Shown piece by piece: positions 19,401 to 30,509 of a stretch of DNA of 64,000 nt (positions are counted from its first letter, which is position 1; the number at the start of each line of letters is the position of its first letter). The notes under the pieces are model-generated. The model had not been told where the DNA came from. It ran no database searches and saw nothing but the letters and a program-made list of their open reading frames with translations. The stretch is from Candidatus Heimdallarchaeota archaeon. Lineage in GTDB: Archaea; Asgardarchaeota; Heimdallarchaeia; JABLTI01. The DNA lies in assembly GCA_018238155.1 (NCBI GenBank), contig JABCTZ010000046.1, forward strand, positions 224,001-288,000, given 5' to 3'. The position numbers were made by a program, and so were the translations under genes.

Positions 19401-19651
19401 AAGGATTCGCAAGAGATGTTATAAGACAAATACAAAATCTAAGAAAAGACAAAGAACTCCAAGTCAGTGATGAAATAGAAGTGTTCTATGATGGAGATAT
19501 TGAGATACTTGAAGCAATAGAAAAACATGCAACATATATCAAAAATGAAACGTTAACGAAAAAACTCATACAGAAAGAAATAACAGATGATTCGTATAGT
19601 GCACAACTAAATAATTCAAAACTATTTTTGGCTTTAAGTCCAAATTCTTAA
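16421..19651 (+). CDS. ileS: Isoleucine--tRNA ligase (IleRS2/archaeal-eukaryotic type) with variant signature motifs
   Basis: DGPITAN, GFDCQGL, WTTTPWTL, GTGIVHIAPG, WCISRKRYWG, DCWLDAG, RQPL, EGFARDVIRQIQNLRK. HIGH site reads GMHH; KMSKS site reads AMHRS. Confidence 0.97.
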   Translation: MKLETKTKKNQNKQQKKQTDDFRFPEVSSSVDMVLLEESILAFWEKERIFDKKLEQNRKAKKNYSFIDGPITANNPMGMHHGWGRSLKDMIQRFRAMCGYELRYQNGFDCQGLWIEVEVEKALGLNSKKAIEDFGLEEFSNKCKQRLDKYSELITTESKRFGQWMDWDNSYYTHTDTNISYIWHFLKKCHENGWLFKGHLPMPWCSRCGTSLSQHEQHDSYKELTHTSVFVKFPLRRANKNDNQLNEFLLVWTTTPWTLTANTAVAVHPTLNYTKVKQNNEIYYLVNSRLSILTGKYETLEEISGKQLEGLFYTTPFKHLASQKNVEHKVVLWQDVGGEEGTGIVHIAPGCGAEDYQLSLQYNLNVLSPIDELGIFLKEYNEFAGLEVHSVSAMVIELLTESGLLYKKEQYKHRYPTCWRCSEELVFRLVNEWFINSDEIRPLLKQAVTKVEWIPSFYEKRMQDWLNNMGNWCISRKRYWGLPLPFYECNHCGKLTVIGTKEELLEAAVEGVENLIELHRPWIDEVKIKCSNCGEKVSRIIEVGDCWLDAGIVPFSTLKYLEDKDYWEKWFPIESICEMREQIRLWFYSQLFMSVTLTGKPPFKQVVVHEKVHDKDGRAMHRSWGNAIWFSEAVNKMGADIMRWSFVKQQLTQTMNFGYYLIDEIKPFFLTIWNVYSFFATFANLDEFTPNTKKAKELLKEGLPELDQWLLSKLNVLILTVRKSYEKMKFRDVTLELEKFVELLSTWYVRRSRRRFWKSENSTNKFSAYSTLYQALLTLSKLMAPIAPFFTERLYRNLTQELQTKNASSVHLTAFPKVKKSLLNLELNRKMDLVLELVRLGRSARNKANIRLRQPLPTMKIWCRNSESIHFIQEFKKDLLNELNIKNIKFVKNPGKLFKMKLKPNYKILGPKLKNSLSLLEEKIQNMSQKTILGVFNSTNQMLTLELENEQAVQLQLNEDLFLEMEAMGTYAIAVSKENAIALETTLTHELILEGFARDVIRQIQNLRKDKELQVSDEIEVFYDGDIEILEAIEKHATYIKNETLTKKLIQKEITDDSYSAQLNNSKLFLALSPNS

Positions 19652-19668
19652 TGTAGAGAGATTATTTT

Positions 19669-19702
19669 AATGTGGAGAATTATCCACATTTCAATTTTTT
19701 TT
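19669..19702 (+). terminator. Hairpin plus T-tract after ileS
   Basis: AATGTGGA-gaatta-TCCACATT followed by a T run. Confidence 0.55.
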
Positions 19703-19821
19703 TGAAGAGATTTAATTAGAATATACAAGTCAGAGGACTATTTGCAAAACATATCGTGATTAATAGTTACTTACATTAACTCAGAAAAATGATTAGGCGT
19801 TCGTAAAAAGAAAAAAAGCAC

Positions 19822-20310
19822 TTAGTAACCAAGAGACCATGCTATCAACGAAGCTAACCCAACAAAAACACCAGCAAATATATAGGAATATGCACTTCCA
19901 ATAGCAATTTTTGTATCTGCGCCGGTTATTCGTTCTCCTCGAGTTAAGCGAGCTTTTATGCTGTTAATTGTGAAAGATTGTTTTACTGTTCCAATACATC
20001 CACCAAAAATGAATAATAAACCGAACTCAACCAAGAGTATCCAAGATAAATAAATAAAGATAATTGAAATTGAAAATGAAATAATCCAACAGCCCAATAA
20101 TGTAACTAATACAAGAACAATTGCAACAGCAACTGAAACGATTAAAACTCTTGACCAACGAAGTCGTACTATATTTGTTGTATATTCTTCATAATCTTCT
20201 TGAGCACTATCTTTACTCAATGAGTCATCAAAGGAATGATCTTCTTTAGTGTCTGGTAATTCTCTATCAATTTTAGCAGTATTAGATTCTTTGATGGTCA
20301 TTGCTATCAC
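19822..20310 (-). CDS. Hypothetical membrane protein (about 3 TM)
   Basis: Acidic N-terminus followed by hydrophobic helices. Confidence 0.7.
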   Translation of the reverse strand: MIAMTIKESNTAKIDRELPDTKEDHSFDDSLSKDSAQEDYEEYTTNIVRLRWSRVLIVSVAVAIVLVLVTLLGCWIISFSISIIFIYLSWILLVEFGLLFIFGGCIGTVKQSFTINSIKARLTRGERITGADTKIAIGSAYSYIFAGVFVGLASLIAWSLGY

Positions 20311-20435
20311 TCTTAATTAAGTAGAACGCTACCAGTGCTAAAAAGATTATCAAAAATCCTCAATTCAACAATTAAAATTTATTAAAAAGAAAGAGAATAA
20401 AAGTTGAATTCAGCCAACTTTCCAAAAAGAAGAAT

Positions 20436-21518
20436 CTAAATTTCATCTTCTTTTGTTTCTTCGATTTCTTCGTCATCTAATTCAATTCCACGCAAACGTT
20501 TCCAAAGAATTACTATATTACTAACTAGCCATTTGAAACCTTTCTTAATATATTTCCAAGGAACTTTGAAGAGGTAATATTTAGCTTTGTTTAGAGTCCA
20601 AGCAACAGGTGGAATTACTTTGGATTGGAAAAGTAAAGTTAACACAAATGCAAGAATTAATAATATAACAATAAACAGTGACCAATAATTTTCGAAAAAT
20701 GTGCGTTGGTAACTAAAATTCCAAATAATTGAACCTGTAACACCATCATGAAGCAAATTATGCCAGAGAATTAAATGAAGCTTCTCATCAGCAGGAGCAG
20801 TGAAATTAAGAAACAAATCTGTTCCAATACCACTTTTAGAACTGTTTACTGGTGAGGGTTGGATATTTGAATGATTTACAAAATAAGTATATTGAACTTC
20901 ATTGAGAAGGTATACATTAACACTTGCATTTGCAAAAAAGATGTGAATAGAATCTTCTGTTGGACGATCACTACCTAGAGAACGCATGTAAAATGGAGAG
21001 TAATCTACAAATGATAATCCTTCAGACCAAAAATACTCGCCTGAAACTTCAGTGTTATTTGAATAAAGAATCAATTTTGGTTTTACAGTGCTATTAAGTG
21101 AAAAGCTAGCCGCTATATAACTATCACAAACTAAACGGTGGGAGTAAACTGATGGAGGAGCAGGAGCAGAACCATCCCAGTTATTGGAAAACACAATGTA
21201 ATCATTTAGAAAACCATTTCCAGAATCTAGGAAATAAATCTCAACACGAGCAGTAGTGTTTATTTCAAAATAATAGGTCGAAGAATCAGTGACAGTACCA
21301 ACAGCTTCTCTAGATGGAATACCAAACACATATTCATTGGTTGCTGTTAAACTGAACTCATTCTGAGCAATGACTTCTGGTTGCTGTGGACTAATTGTAA
21401 ATCGTTCATTAAATAGAGTATAAGTTTCACCATTCACCATAACTATGGGACTAACAGTCAAGACAATGACCATTATTGAAAGAATAACTGCAGATTTATT
21501 TACTTGAGGAAATTTCAT
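20436..21518 (-). CDS. Hypothetical exported glycoprotein-like protein with C-terminal TM
   Basis: Signal peptide, several N-x-S/T sequons, C-terminal TM followed by an amphipathic basic helix. Confidence 0.7.
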   Translation of the reverse strand: MKFPQVNKSAVILSIMVIVLTVSPIVMVNGETYTLFNERFTISPQQPEVIAQNEFSLTATNEYVFGIPSREAVGTVTDSSTYYFEINTTARVEIYFLDSGNGFLNDYIVFSNNWDGSAPAPPSVYSHRLVCDSYIAASFSLNSTVKPKLILYSNNTEVSGEYFWSEGLSFVDYSPFYMRSLGSDRPTEDSIHIFFANASVNVYLLNEVQYTYFVNHSNIQPSPVNSSKSGIGTDLFLNFTAPADEKLHLILWHNLLHDGVTGSIIWNFSYQRTFFENYWSLFIVILLILAFVLTLLFQSKVIPPVAWTLNKAKYYLFKVPWKYIKKGFKWLVSNIVILWKRLRGIELDDEEIEETKEDEI

Positions 21519-21785
21519 AAGCTTTTCACATCTTTTCAAGTCAGTAGCACTAGTACAAGTGAACTAATACATTATCATTTTGACTTTAGTCTTTTATATT
21601 TTTTTGTGGTCACGAAATTTATTAAACCAACAATTCTAGCTAAAGATTTTTGCTTACAATTAAAATGTATCGGCAAGAAGGAAAATGGTTGAATGAACTC
21701 TTAAAAATAATCATAATGGCTCAAATACAACTTCAACTTAAATGAATAAAAACAAAAAAAGAAAAAAGGAAATAAGCCTAATGGC

Positions 21786-23555
21786 TTACTTTCTTCTCTT
21801 TAAGAAGAAAACCTGACTTGCACCTGCAAGAGCTAGAATTCCGAAGACAACTACTAAACCAATTCCGGTTCTTTTAATTGTTACATCAAATCCTGCATCT
21901 TTCATGTATTGCAAAGCGAGGTCAACACTGTATTCATAAGGTACTAGAGTTTTGTCATAACCAATTGCAACATTTGGACATCCAGTTGTTGCTGGTTCAC
22001 CAAGACCATTGAGAATTTCTGCTACGATGATTTCTCTTGGAACCATATGAGAGATAGCTTTTCTTATTGCTTTAGCTGATTCTGCACCAACTTTTGGACA
22101 GAGTTCGCCAGTTCCGAAGTATGGATGTTCCATATTTACAGCAATTTCTTGTGTACCTGGATCTTCAACTAAAGTGTAAGTAGCACCTGCAATATTAAGT
22201 TCGTCTAATTGTGGACTGAATTGAGCATCAACCATGTCTACTGTACCAGCAGCAAGAGCGGCTAATGCACCTTCTTTACTACCATAGAATTCAAAGAAGA
22301 CATTATCAAAGCTTGGTTCTGCACCATACCAATCGACAAAATGAGGATTAGCTTCCATCTGAATAACACCGTTTGTGGCATCATAATCAGCTAACATATA
22401 TGGACCTGCGCCAAACATCTTTGATGGATCATTCTTAGCCCAGTCAATAGCTTGAGCTTGGTGATCTGCTGGTGCAACTGCACCCCAAACGTGTGCTGGA
22501 ATTAAATCGAGAGCTAAATTGCCATCTTGGAAAACGTATGTTTGTTTGAAAGTAATTGAGAATTCTTTGTCATTTGTTACAGTAATGGATGAATTATCCC
22601 AGTATTTGATGTTGGTTGAGTAACCAGTTCCACCTAATGATTGGGTAACTGTTAAATTATAGTTGTAAACAACATCATTTGAGGTCAAATCAACGCCATC
22701 AGCCCATTGAGCATCGTCTTTAATGACTACATTGTAAGTTAAGCCGTCAGCACTACTGAAGGATTCAGCAAGCCATGGAGCATAATCATTGTTTACTGCT
22801 GCGTCTCTTTGAATTAAACCGTTGTAGATTTGTCGCAACCATTGAGCGTCATAAACGGACTCGTAGGTATGTACGTGGAAATCTTCAAAGTCGGCTGGAG
22901 TAGCATAATGGAAATCAGTTTCACCAGTGATAGTTGTTTCAAAGAATGGATGATAGGTTGAAGCCCATAATAATCCACTGAAATCTACTAGATCTTCTGT
23001 GTGTGGATAAACTGATAATGGATAGATAAGGCAAATTTCTGGTAAGTCTTCATAGAGAATTGCTTGAATTTCTTCAGCGTATTCGATTCTATCTGCTAGA
23101 ACGAATGAAGAAGTGTAATTACCAATAGCGTTGTCCATTGCTGGATTACTGTATTGATAGAAGTTGTCACCATTTGGTGTAATAGCTGGAGTGTCATAGA
23201 GACCGGTTGGATCCCAATCGAGGCCCCATCCCCAACCTACGAAGAAAAGATCGTATCCGCCTTCAGCGTATGTAGGAATTGGATAAGGTCCTGGAAATCC
23301 CCAGGTTCTTGGACTAATTTGTGCCCAACTAGTGTGGTCGAATGTATCTACCGCAATACCTATCTTTGGTAATTGTTCTACCATAAGAGTTGCCCATTGA
23401 TTTCTCGCTGGGTTGGTATTCGGAGCTAAAATACTTATATGAAAGAATGGACCTGGATTAGCAGCTTGTGTTGTTTGTGTAATCATTGGTGATATACACA
23501 AAACGAACATAATTGCCAAAGGAAGAATCATTCTTTTTATATCCTTCTTGATCAA
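21786..23555 (-). CDS. oppA: Peptide ABC transporter substrate-binding protein (family 5), C-terminally anchored
   Basis: PWLAES...TY..VIKDDAQWADG..LTSNDVVY, GAGPY, IRKAISH; TM plus KRRK tail. The canonical C-terminal lobe appears to lie at the N-terminus. Confidence 0.85.
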   Translation of the reverse strand: MIKKDIKRMILPLAIMFVLCISPMITQTTQAANPGPFFHISILAPNTNPARNQWATLMVEQLPKIGIAVDTFDHTSWAQISPRTWGFPGPYPIPTYAEGGYDLFFVGWGWGLDWDPTGLYDTPAITPNGDNFYQYSNPAMDNAIGNYTSSFVLADRIEYAEEIQAILYEDLPEICLIYPLSVYPHTEDLVDFSGLLWASTYHPFFETTITGETDFHYATPADFEDFHVHTYESVYDAQWLRQIYNGLIQRDAAVNNDYAPWLAESFSSADGLTYNVVIKDDAQWADGVDLTSNDVVYNYNLTVTQSLGGTGYSTNIKYWDNSSITVTNDKEFSITFKQTYVFQDGNLALDLIPAHVWGAVAPADHQAQAIDWAKNDPSKMFGAGPYMLADYDATNGVIQMEANPHFVDWYGAEPSFDNVFFEFYGSKEGALAALAAGTVDMVDAQFSPQLDELNIAGATYTLVEDPGTQEIAVNMEHPYFGTGELCPKVGAESAKAIRKAISHMVPREIIVAEILNGLGEPATTGCPNVAIGYDKTLVPYEYSVDLALQYMKDAGFDVTIKRTGIGLVVVFGILALAGASQVFFLKRRK

Positions 23556-23831
23556 ATTATTTAACCTTCCACATTTGAATGGTTTGTACTCAAATTATTT
23601 TGAGTACTATTAAATTAGTTCTTATACTCATTTAAAAGTTTATTTGCCAATTATTACTTCGACTTTGTTCTTAGTTTTTAAGAATTTAATATCCCCCTAC
23701 AGACGGGTTTTCCATTTGAAAACATTATAAACAGTTCTTTTCTTAAAAAGAGTAGTTTAATCCATTCACTTTTTGTTGAACAAGTGAAAAAAAAAGTCAT
23801 TTTTAGGTGCTCTTTTACTAATTATAATTAT

Positions 23832-26705
23832 CTAAGCCCTCAAAGCATGAATAATATCTTGTTTGCTATATTTTATTACTGTTGGTAAAACTCCAACAAT
23901 CGCTACACAAGTCATTATAACTGGAAAGAGAATTATTTGTAAAATAGGTATAGTAACTGAAAATGGTATTATGTTATGTGAAGTTAGTAATGGCGTTATC
24001 AAGAATAATGTTGAGTAAGTAAATACTATTCCCAGAAGCATTCCAGCTAATGATGAACTTAGAGTTATTATTGACGTCTCTAACAGAATAAGTTTGGTAA
24101 TTTTTCTTTTTGATGCACCCATTGACATTGCAATAGCCACTTCATGCGTTCTTTGACTGATAGTAAAATCCGTGAACATTATTAACAACACTATTCCTAT
24201 ACCAGCTGTAATTATCCATTCAATATTGAAGAACGATAAAATATTTGGTATATAGGATTCTATGAACGCTCCCACAAAATCTTCATTCACAGCATTTGGG
24301 TTTACTGTTATTCCATTAAAAGCATTTTCAATCTCTTCTGCGATAGTATCTATATCATAATCAGGTAAGACACTTGCCAAAAAGAGTTTATTGAGCATAA
24401 TCTTCAATTCCTCTTTCACAAATTCCTCATTAATCAAGATAAAACCTTCATTTGGTTGAAACAATTCAATGTTTGGTCCATCAGCTAGTCCTAATCCAGG
24501 AGCTGAATTGATTATCCCAGCTATTTCAAACAATCTAAAGTAAGTTCCACCGGGCAAGTCCGCTACAGGTAATTGATCTCCAACAGTTAAATTCAGTCGT
24601 GTTGCTAATCCACTTCCAATTATTACTCCGTTTTCAATTTCAGCTAATGCTTGCAAAACTTCGAACGATTGTCCTTCCAGAAAACAGCTTTTATCCCATC
24701 TACCTATTCTTGAAAAAATAATCGGCTCTATACCATAGATCGTATAAACTTCAGAAACAACTCTACCTTCTGTTTTGAATATCGGTATAACTTCATTCAC
24801 ACCTTCAAATTGTGAGATGTTATTTTTGAAATCACTTTCAAGGGGGTAAGTAATAATTCGAAGCCCAGCGCCATTTTTGTATTCCAATTCCTTTATTTGA
24901 TTTTGATTTACAGATTCTGCAGATATTATTGAAAACATTATCACTGAAGAAACCATTACTAGTGCAAAAGTCATTGTACTTAGCTTTTTATTTTTACGTT
25001 TGAAGTTATTCATTAAAAAGAATGCATCATTGAAGATTAGTCTTCTGTATACTCCTTTTAACTTGGTTAGTACTTTGCTGTTCAATATATAGCTAATAAA
25101 CTGTGCACCAAATACCATTAGAATGCAAAATAGAATAAACGTATATCCTGCCGAGAGTGTACTAGAAAAATCATAGTAATCTGATGCCATAACATTCCTA
25201 ATTGTATCTATTAATGAAAATATTAAGGCAATAATAACAATTACAGCTAATCCTATATTGATGCTCATAAAAATATTCTTCTGGAATTTCTCTCTACTTT
25301 CATCTCCATCTATAGTATCTTTACTTTTAAGTGCAACTTCCCACCAAATTTTGAATGACGAGTATCCTACCAAAATAACTAGAAAAGCTAACGAAGTTAG
25401 TATTGTGAAACCAGGTGCCATATCCATATTTGTTAAAAATTTTACAAAAACAGTTCCCGAAAATTCTCCCTCAGAAAATGAAGGAATGATAGCCGCAGAA
25501 AAATAAGCTGTTAGCACACCTAATAATATTCCGATAATCGAAACGATGAGAAATTCTACAATGAAGAGAAACAGAATCTGTCCTGCATCTGCACCTCTAT
25601 CTCTGAACAAATTAACTTGCCCACGTCTCGATTCAACTTCAATGTTAACCATGAAAATTGTTAATATTAACCCAACGATTATAACTGGTACCATAAAAAC
25701 GGTTGTAATAGATGCTCGTGAATAAGCATTCTGAAGAGCGACTATTGGGTCTGCGAGGATATAAACATAGACATTAGGAAAGTTCGCTGCAATATTTTCT
25801 GAAAAAAGAGTCATCTTCTCGACGACACTATTAAGACCATCTTTACCCAACAACTCTTGATTAAACCTTACAAAGAAAATATAGGGAATATCATTATCAA
25901 CCATTTGCGTGAGATTTACTTGTTGTACTTGTGTTAATGGGAAAAGAATTGAATCTGACAACTCTTCTAAATCAATAACTGAGTGAATTATTGAAACACC
26001 ATCTTGTATTGTGAAAATACCTGAGATATTATAATCATGATATTCAATTGGGGAAAAATCAAAGATAGTATCTAAATTATATATAGGATTTGGATTATAT
26101 GTTGCTATTGATAAATTGAAAGTATCTCCCACTTTTATTTCTCGACCATATATCTCCCCTAATTCTTCTGCTTGTTTTAGGCTGATGACGATATTGTTTT
26201 CATCAACAATAAAATCTCCTTCTATATCAAATAGAAATTTAACTCGATCTAGCGTTTCTTGTTCCAGAAGAAAAGCATTTGTCACTGAAACAGGATTTGT
26301 TTGATTTTCCTGATTATCTTCAGGTAAACAAACATAACTTGAGTTTTTTCCGTCTGTGTTGAACAGTGCTTGCGTTAAATAAGCGAGATTATATTTATCT
26401 ACTAGCTCATTTTCAGCTAAACTTTCCTTTATGTCCTCAATATCATCTGGGTTCTTGTTTGATCGAATATAGGCTTGATAATCTTGAGCTTCGTGAAAAT
26501 CATTCAGTGCTAAATTTTCAGATGTTCCTGACCAATAATAAACTGATAGTAGCATTGTTATCGAAAGAGCAAATCCAAAAATGATTATCCCCATATTTCT
26601 TTTATGATTCAAGATGTTCTTGAAAGCTAGTTTTATGAAAAAGCCGGCTTTTAATCGGTCTTTGTATTCTTCATCTTGTATCTCGTCTTTACTCAACAAT
26701 ATCAC
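23832..26705 (-). CDS. FtsX/MacB-family ABC permease with two FtsX domains
   Basis: Two large extracellular loops; RRGQVNLFRDRGA and QRTHEVAIAMSMGAS motifs. Confidence 0.88.
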   Translation of the reverse strand: MILLSKDEIQDEEYKDRLKAGFFIKLAFKNILNHKRNMGIIIFGFALSITMLLSVYYWSGTSENLALNDFHEAQDYQAYIRSNKNPDDIEDIKESLAENELVDKYNLAYLTQALFNTDGKNSSYVCLPEDNQENQTNPVSVTNAFLLEQETLDRVKFLFDIEGDFIVDENNIVISLKQAEELGEIYGREIKVGDTFNLSIATYNPNPIYNLDTIFDFSPIEYHDYNISGIFTIQDGVSIIHSVIDLEELSDSILFPLTQVQQVNLTQMVDNDIPYIFFVRFNQELLGKDGLNSVVEKMTLFSENIAANFPNVYVYILADPIVALQNAYSRASITTVFMVPVIIVGLILTIFMVNIEVESRRGQVNLFRDRGADAGQILFLFIVEFLIVSIIGILLGVLTAYFSAAIIPSFSEGEFSGTVFVKFLTNMDMAPGFTILTSLAFLVILVGYSSFKIWWEVALKSKDTIDGDESREKFQKNIFMSINIGLAVIVIIALIFSLIDTIRNVMASDYYDFSSTLSAGYTFILFCILMVFGAQFISYILNSKVLTKLKGVYRRLIFNDAFFLMNNFKRKNKKLSTMTFALVMVSSVIMFSIISAESVNQNQIKELEYKNGAGLRIITYPLESDFKNNISQFEGVNEVIPIFKTEGRVVSEVYTIYGIEPIIFSRIGRWDKSCFLEGQSFEVLQALAEIENGVIIGSGLATRLNLTVGDQLPVADLPGGTYFRLFEIAGIINSAPGLGLADGPNIELFQPNEGFILINEEFVKEELKIMLNKLFLASVLPDYDIDTIAEEIENAFNGITVNPNAVNEDFVGAFIESYIPNILSFFNIEWIITAGIGIVLLIMFTDFTISQRTHEVAIAMSMGASKRKITKLILLETSIITLSSSLAGMLLGIVFTYSTLFLITPLLTSHNIIPFSVTIPILQIILFPVIMTCVAIVGVLPTVIKYSKQDIIHALRA

Positions 26706-26742
26706 CTTTTTTGTACTATTAGAGTTAGTGATGTATCAATTT

Positions 26743-27573
26743 TTAGCTCTTCTTAGATTTGCTTTTTTTCTTTGGTTTTTTACTTGAGGTTACTGATTTT
26801 TTCTCCTCATCTACTGATTTTTTCTCGGCATCAACAGATCTTTGATAGATTTCTTTGGCACTTTTGAAATCAAAAGATTCCTTGTCTTTGATTTTTTCTT
26901 CAACCAATTGACCATTCCTTATTATGAGAACGCGGTCAGCTCTTGCAGCCATTTCAGGATCATGAGTCGTCATAATGACAGAGATACCTTCTTTTTCGAT
27001 GAGTTCCTCAATCAAGTCCATAATTTCATCACCCAAGGATGTATCTAGTGCCCTCGTAGGTTCATCACAAATTAATATTTTCGGCGTATTGGCTATTGCT
27101 CGAGCAATTGCTACTCTTTGTTTTTGACCGTTAGAAAGTTGATGTGGAAGTTTATTAGCCATTTCAATCAGTTCTACTCGTTCCAATAAACGATATGCAA
27201 CAGTTAAAGCTAGTTTCTCAGATTTACCTGCAATGATCAATGGAGCCATAACATTCTCAATTGCAGTCATGCTAGGAATAAGATAGAATTCTTGAAAGAT
27301 AATACCAAGATGTCCTTGCCTAAAAATTCTAAATTCTTCAGAAGACATCTTTGAAATCTCGTGTCCATCAATTTTTATCTCACCAGTATTCAAGGAGTCT
27401 ATTCCATATAACAAGTTGAGCAAGGTTGTTTTTCCGCTACCAGAAATACCAATTATAGCCAACATTTCTCCTTTGTTTAATGTGAATGTAACACCTTTTA
27501 GTACTTCGAGCGGTCCGGAGCTTAACTCATATTGCTTGAAAACATTCTTACATTCTAAGACGATATTAGACAT
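26743..27573 (-). CDS. LolD/MacB-type ABC ATPase
   Basis: GISGSGKTT, LSNGQKQRVAIARA, DEPT, TTHD. MSNIVLE at 27573 is the preferred start. Confidence 0.9.
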   Translation of the reverse strand: MSNIVLECKNVFKQYELSSGPLEVLKGVTFTLNKGEMLAIIGISGSGKTTLLNLLYGIDSLNTGEIKIDGHEISKMSSEEFRIFRQGHLGIIFQEFYLIPSMTAIENVMAPLIIAGKSEKLALTVAYRLLERVELIEMANKLPHQLSNGQKQRVAIARAIANTPKILICDEPTRALDTSLGDEIMDLIEELIEKEGISVIMTTHDPEMAARADRVLIIRNGQLVEEKIKDKESFDFKSAKEIYQRSVDAEKKSVDEEKKSVTSSKKPKKKSKSKKS

Positions 27574-28002
27574 TGAAATTTCCTTCTGTTTACAAACTAA
27601 ACAATTCTTTTCATTAGCGACTATATTTGAGGAGCATTTTATTATTATCATTTTTTTCAAGAAAAAAATCCCCTCAGATTCTTGAAAGTATGCGAATATA
27701 TTCTAATCTATTGGTTATATATGTTATTACTAACCAAAGATAAAAATGTCATTCTAAAATAATTGGTCCTTTCCAATTTACTGCTAAATTTAATTATTAC
27801 TGCAATAAGGAATTTTTTCAAATTTCTAAAAAGATTTTTTTAAGTATAAATTAATTCTAAATGAAACAGATACTTTGAAATAGACAGTAAATTGACTATA
27901 GATAGAAAATATCCTTTAGAAGTAAGGGAAAAACCGAACTAGAAGAATAAAAGGATTAATATTCAATAAACATCTAAATCTAATTTCAGAGCGTGAAAAC
28001 TT

Positions 28003-29007
28003 ATGACTGCAGAATCTCATGAAAGCAAAATTTTACTCGAATTACGCGACGTTCGAAAATGGTTTCCAGTAAAGGAACAAGGTTTTGTTGGCAGTAGGCA
28101 AGTCGCAAATATCAAAGCAGTTGATGGAGTCAATTTAGAAATCTACCGAGGAGAAACTCTCGGGTTGGTAGGTGAAAGTGGTTGTGGAAAAACAACTACT
28201 GGAAAAGTTATTGTTAAATTAGAAGTACCCACTACAGGACAGATTCTCTACAATGGACAAGATATCTATGCTTTCCACACAAAAGAAGATGAAATGTACT
28301 TTAAAAGAAATGTACAAATGATCTTTCAAGATCCTTACAGTTCACTCAATCCTCGTATGCTCGTAATGGATATTATTGGCGAAGGATTAGATATACATGA
28401 ACCAAAGATGTCAAAAAATAAGCGTGATGAAGTTGTATATGATTTACTGGATAAAGTAGGTTTAGAAAAATATCACGCAATGAGATATCCTCATGAATTT
28501 AGTGGAGGACAAAGACAACGTATTGGTATCGCTAGATCTTTATCTGTTAAACCAGAATTAGTGGTTGCAGATGAACCTGTATCTGCTTTAGATGTTTCAG
28601 TTCAAGCACAAATTCTTAATCTTATGCAAGATTTACAGAAGCAATTCAATTTAACATACATTTTTGTTGCTCATGATTTATCTGTAATAAAACATGTTAG
28701 TGACCGTGTGGCGGTCATGTATCTTGGAACAATTGTAGAATATGGTTCAAATAATCAAGTTTTCACTAAGACAGGACATCCATACACGGTTTCACTTATG
28801 TCAGCTATTCCACGACCCGATCCAAGAAGAAAAATGAAACGAATTGTTCTTCCAGGTGAACCCCCTTCTCCCATAAATGTTCCGTCTGGTTGTCGTTTCC
28901 ATCCAAGATGTTACAAATCTGACGGAGAAAAATGTATCAAAGAAGATCCACCAATGATTAATCTAGAACCTGGACATTCCGTTAAATGTCATTATCCAGA
29001 AGTTTAA
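28003..29007 (+). CDS. oppF: Oligopeptide ABC ATPase
   Basis: [43 protein letters not shown]. Confidence 0.93.
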   Translation: MTAESHESKILLELRDVRKWFPVKEQGFVGSRQVANIKAVDGVNLEIYRGETLGLVGESGCGKTTTGKVIVKLEVPTTGQILYNGQDIYAFHTKEDEMYFKRNVQMIFQDPYSSLNPRMLVMDIIGEGLDIHEPKMSKNKRDEVVYDLLDKVGLEKYHAMRYPHEFSGGQRQRIGIARSLSVKPELVVADEPVSALDVSVQAQILNLMQDLQKQFNLTYIFVAHDLSVIKHVSDRVAVMYLGTIVEYGSNNQVFTKTGHPYTVSLMSAIPRPDPRRKMKRIVLPGEPPSPINVPSGCRFHPRCYKSDGEKCIKEDPPMINLEPGHSVKCHYPEV

Positions 29008-29245
29008 AGACATTATATTAGAAAAGGGCATTCAAACTTGCTCTTTTATATCCCTTTTTTGATTTTTCTTTCGATAATAAGATTTATCAATTATTTCTAG
29101 GTGCTAAAACAATATACAAATTAGATATAACAAGCGTTCAAAATTAATTGCTAGAAAGTCAATTAATAGATAAAATATTGAATCTTCAGAAAAGACTTAA
29201 TAAAAATAAAGATTGCTTGTTATCAGAACATAATCGGTGAAATAG

Positions 29246-30277
29246 ATGGAACCATTGCTAGAAGTAAAAAATCTTATGACTCATTTCTTCACAGAATCAG
29301 GTGTGGTAGAAGCCTTAGATGGTATAGAACTTACTGTTTATCCCAAAGAGTCTGTTGGTGTTGTTGGAGAATCAGGTTGTGGAAAAACTCAGACTGCTTA
29401 TTCAATTCTGAGAATTCTTGCACAGAATGGTCAGATAGTTGACGGAGAAATTTTTTACAAAGGACAAGATCTAGTAACATTACCTGAATCAGAAATGCGT
29501 AACATCCGTGGAAAAGAAATAGCAATGATTTTCCAGGATCCTATGACCTCTCTCAATCCAGTAATAAGAATTGCTGATCAAATGATTGAAGTTATTGCTA
29601 TACACAGAGATGTATCTGCAAATGAAGCACGAGAACTCGCTATCGATGCACTAACCGCAGTTGGTATTTCAGAAGCGGATAAACGGATTGATGAGTATCC
29701 TCACAAATTTAGTGGTGGAATGAGACAAAGAATTCTCATTGCACGTGCAATTGCCTTACAACCATCTCTATTAATTGCAGATGAACCAACAACAGCTTTA
29801 GATGTAACAATTCAAGCACAAGTACTTGAAATCTTTAAAGATATGAGAGAAAAATATGATTTAGCTATGATGCTAATTACGCACAATCTTGGTGTTGTTG
29901 CTGAACTAACTGAAAGAGTTCATATTTTCTATGGAGGACGTGTCGCAGAAGTTGGTACAACATTTGATATTTTCACAAAACCTATGCATCCTTACACAAT
30001 TGCTCTTTTAGAAAGTATTCCTTCTTTAGATGTAGATAAAGGTCGATTAGCAACCATTCCAGGAAGCGTACCTCAATTAATCAACCCCCCTCAAGGATGC
30101 AGATTCCATCCAAGATGTAGATACGCTAAAGAAATCTGTTCTAAAGATAGACCAGCTATGGAAGAAAAAGTTCCAGGAAGATTTGTTGCATGTCACTTCT
30201 GGGAAGAAGTAGAAATAAGTGATCTTGCAGAACAAGTAATTGGTCTAAAGAAGAATGATATTAAAAAACCTAAATAA
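29246..30277 (+). CDS. oppD: Oligopeptide ABC ATPase
   Basis: [48 protein letters not shown]. Confidence 0.93.
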   Translation: MEPLLEVKNLMTHFFTESGVVEALDGIELTVYPKESVGVVGESGCGKTQTAYSILRILAQNGQIVDGEIFYKGQDLVTLPESEMRNIRGKEIAMIFQDPMTSLNPVIRIADQMIEVIAIHRDVSANEARELAIDALTAVGISEADKRIDEYPHKFSGGMRQRILIARAIALQPSLLIADEPTTALDVTIQAQVLEIFKDMREKYDLAMMLITHNLGVVAELTERVHIFYGGRVAEVGTTFDIFTKPMHPYTIALLESIPSLDVDKGRLATIPGSVPQLINPPQGCRFHPRCRYAKEICSKDRPAMEEKVPGRFVACHFWEEVEISDLAEQVIGLKKNDIKKPK

Positions 30278-30509
30278 TCTTTCATCTTTTTGTGTTGAAT
30301 TCCAACACAATTCCTTTTCATTTTATTTCTTTTGTTGTTTTGTAACTAGTCTAAATTTTAGTTTTTTTTTCGTAGATGAATTGTTAGATTTGGATAAGAA
30401 GATTTTTTTGATTAATATGATGTAACTACAAAATCATCTTAATTAGAAGAAGAACCTAAAAAAAAGATAGTAAGTTGGTTGTAGAAAACAACCGAACTCG
30501 TTGATTAAG

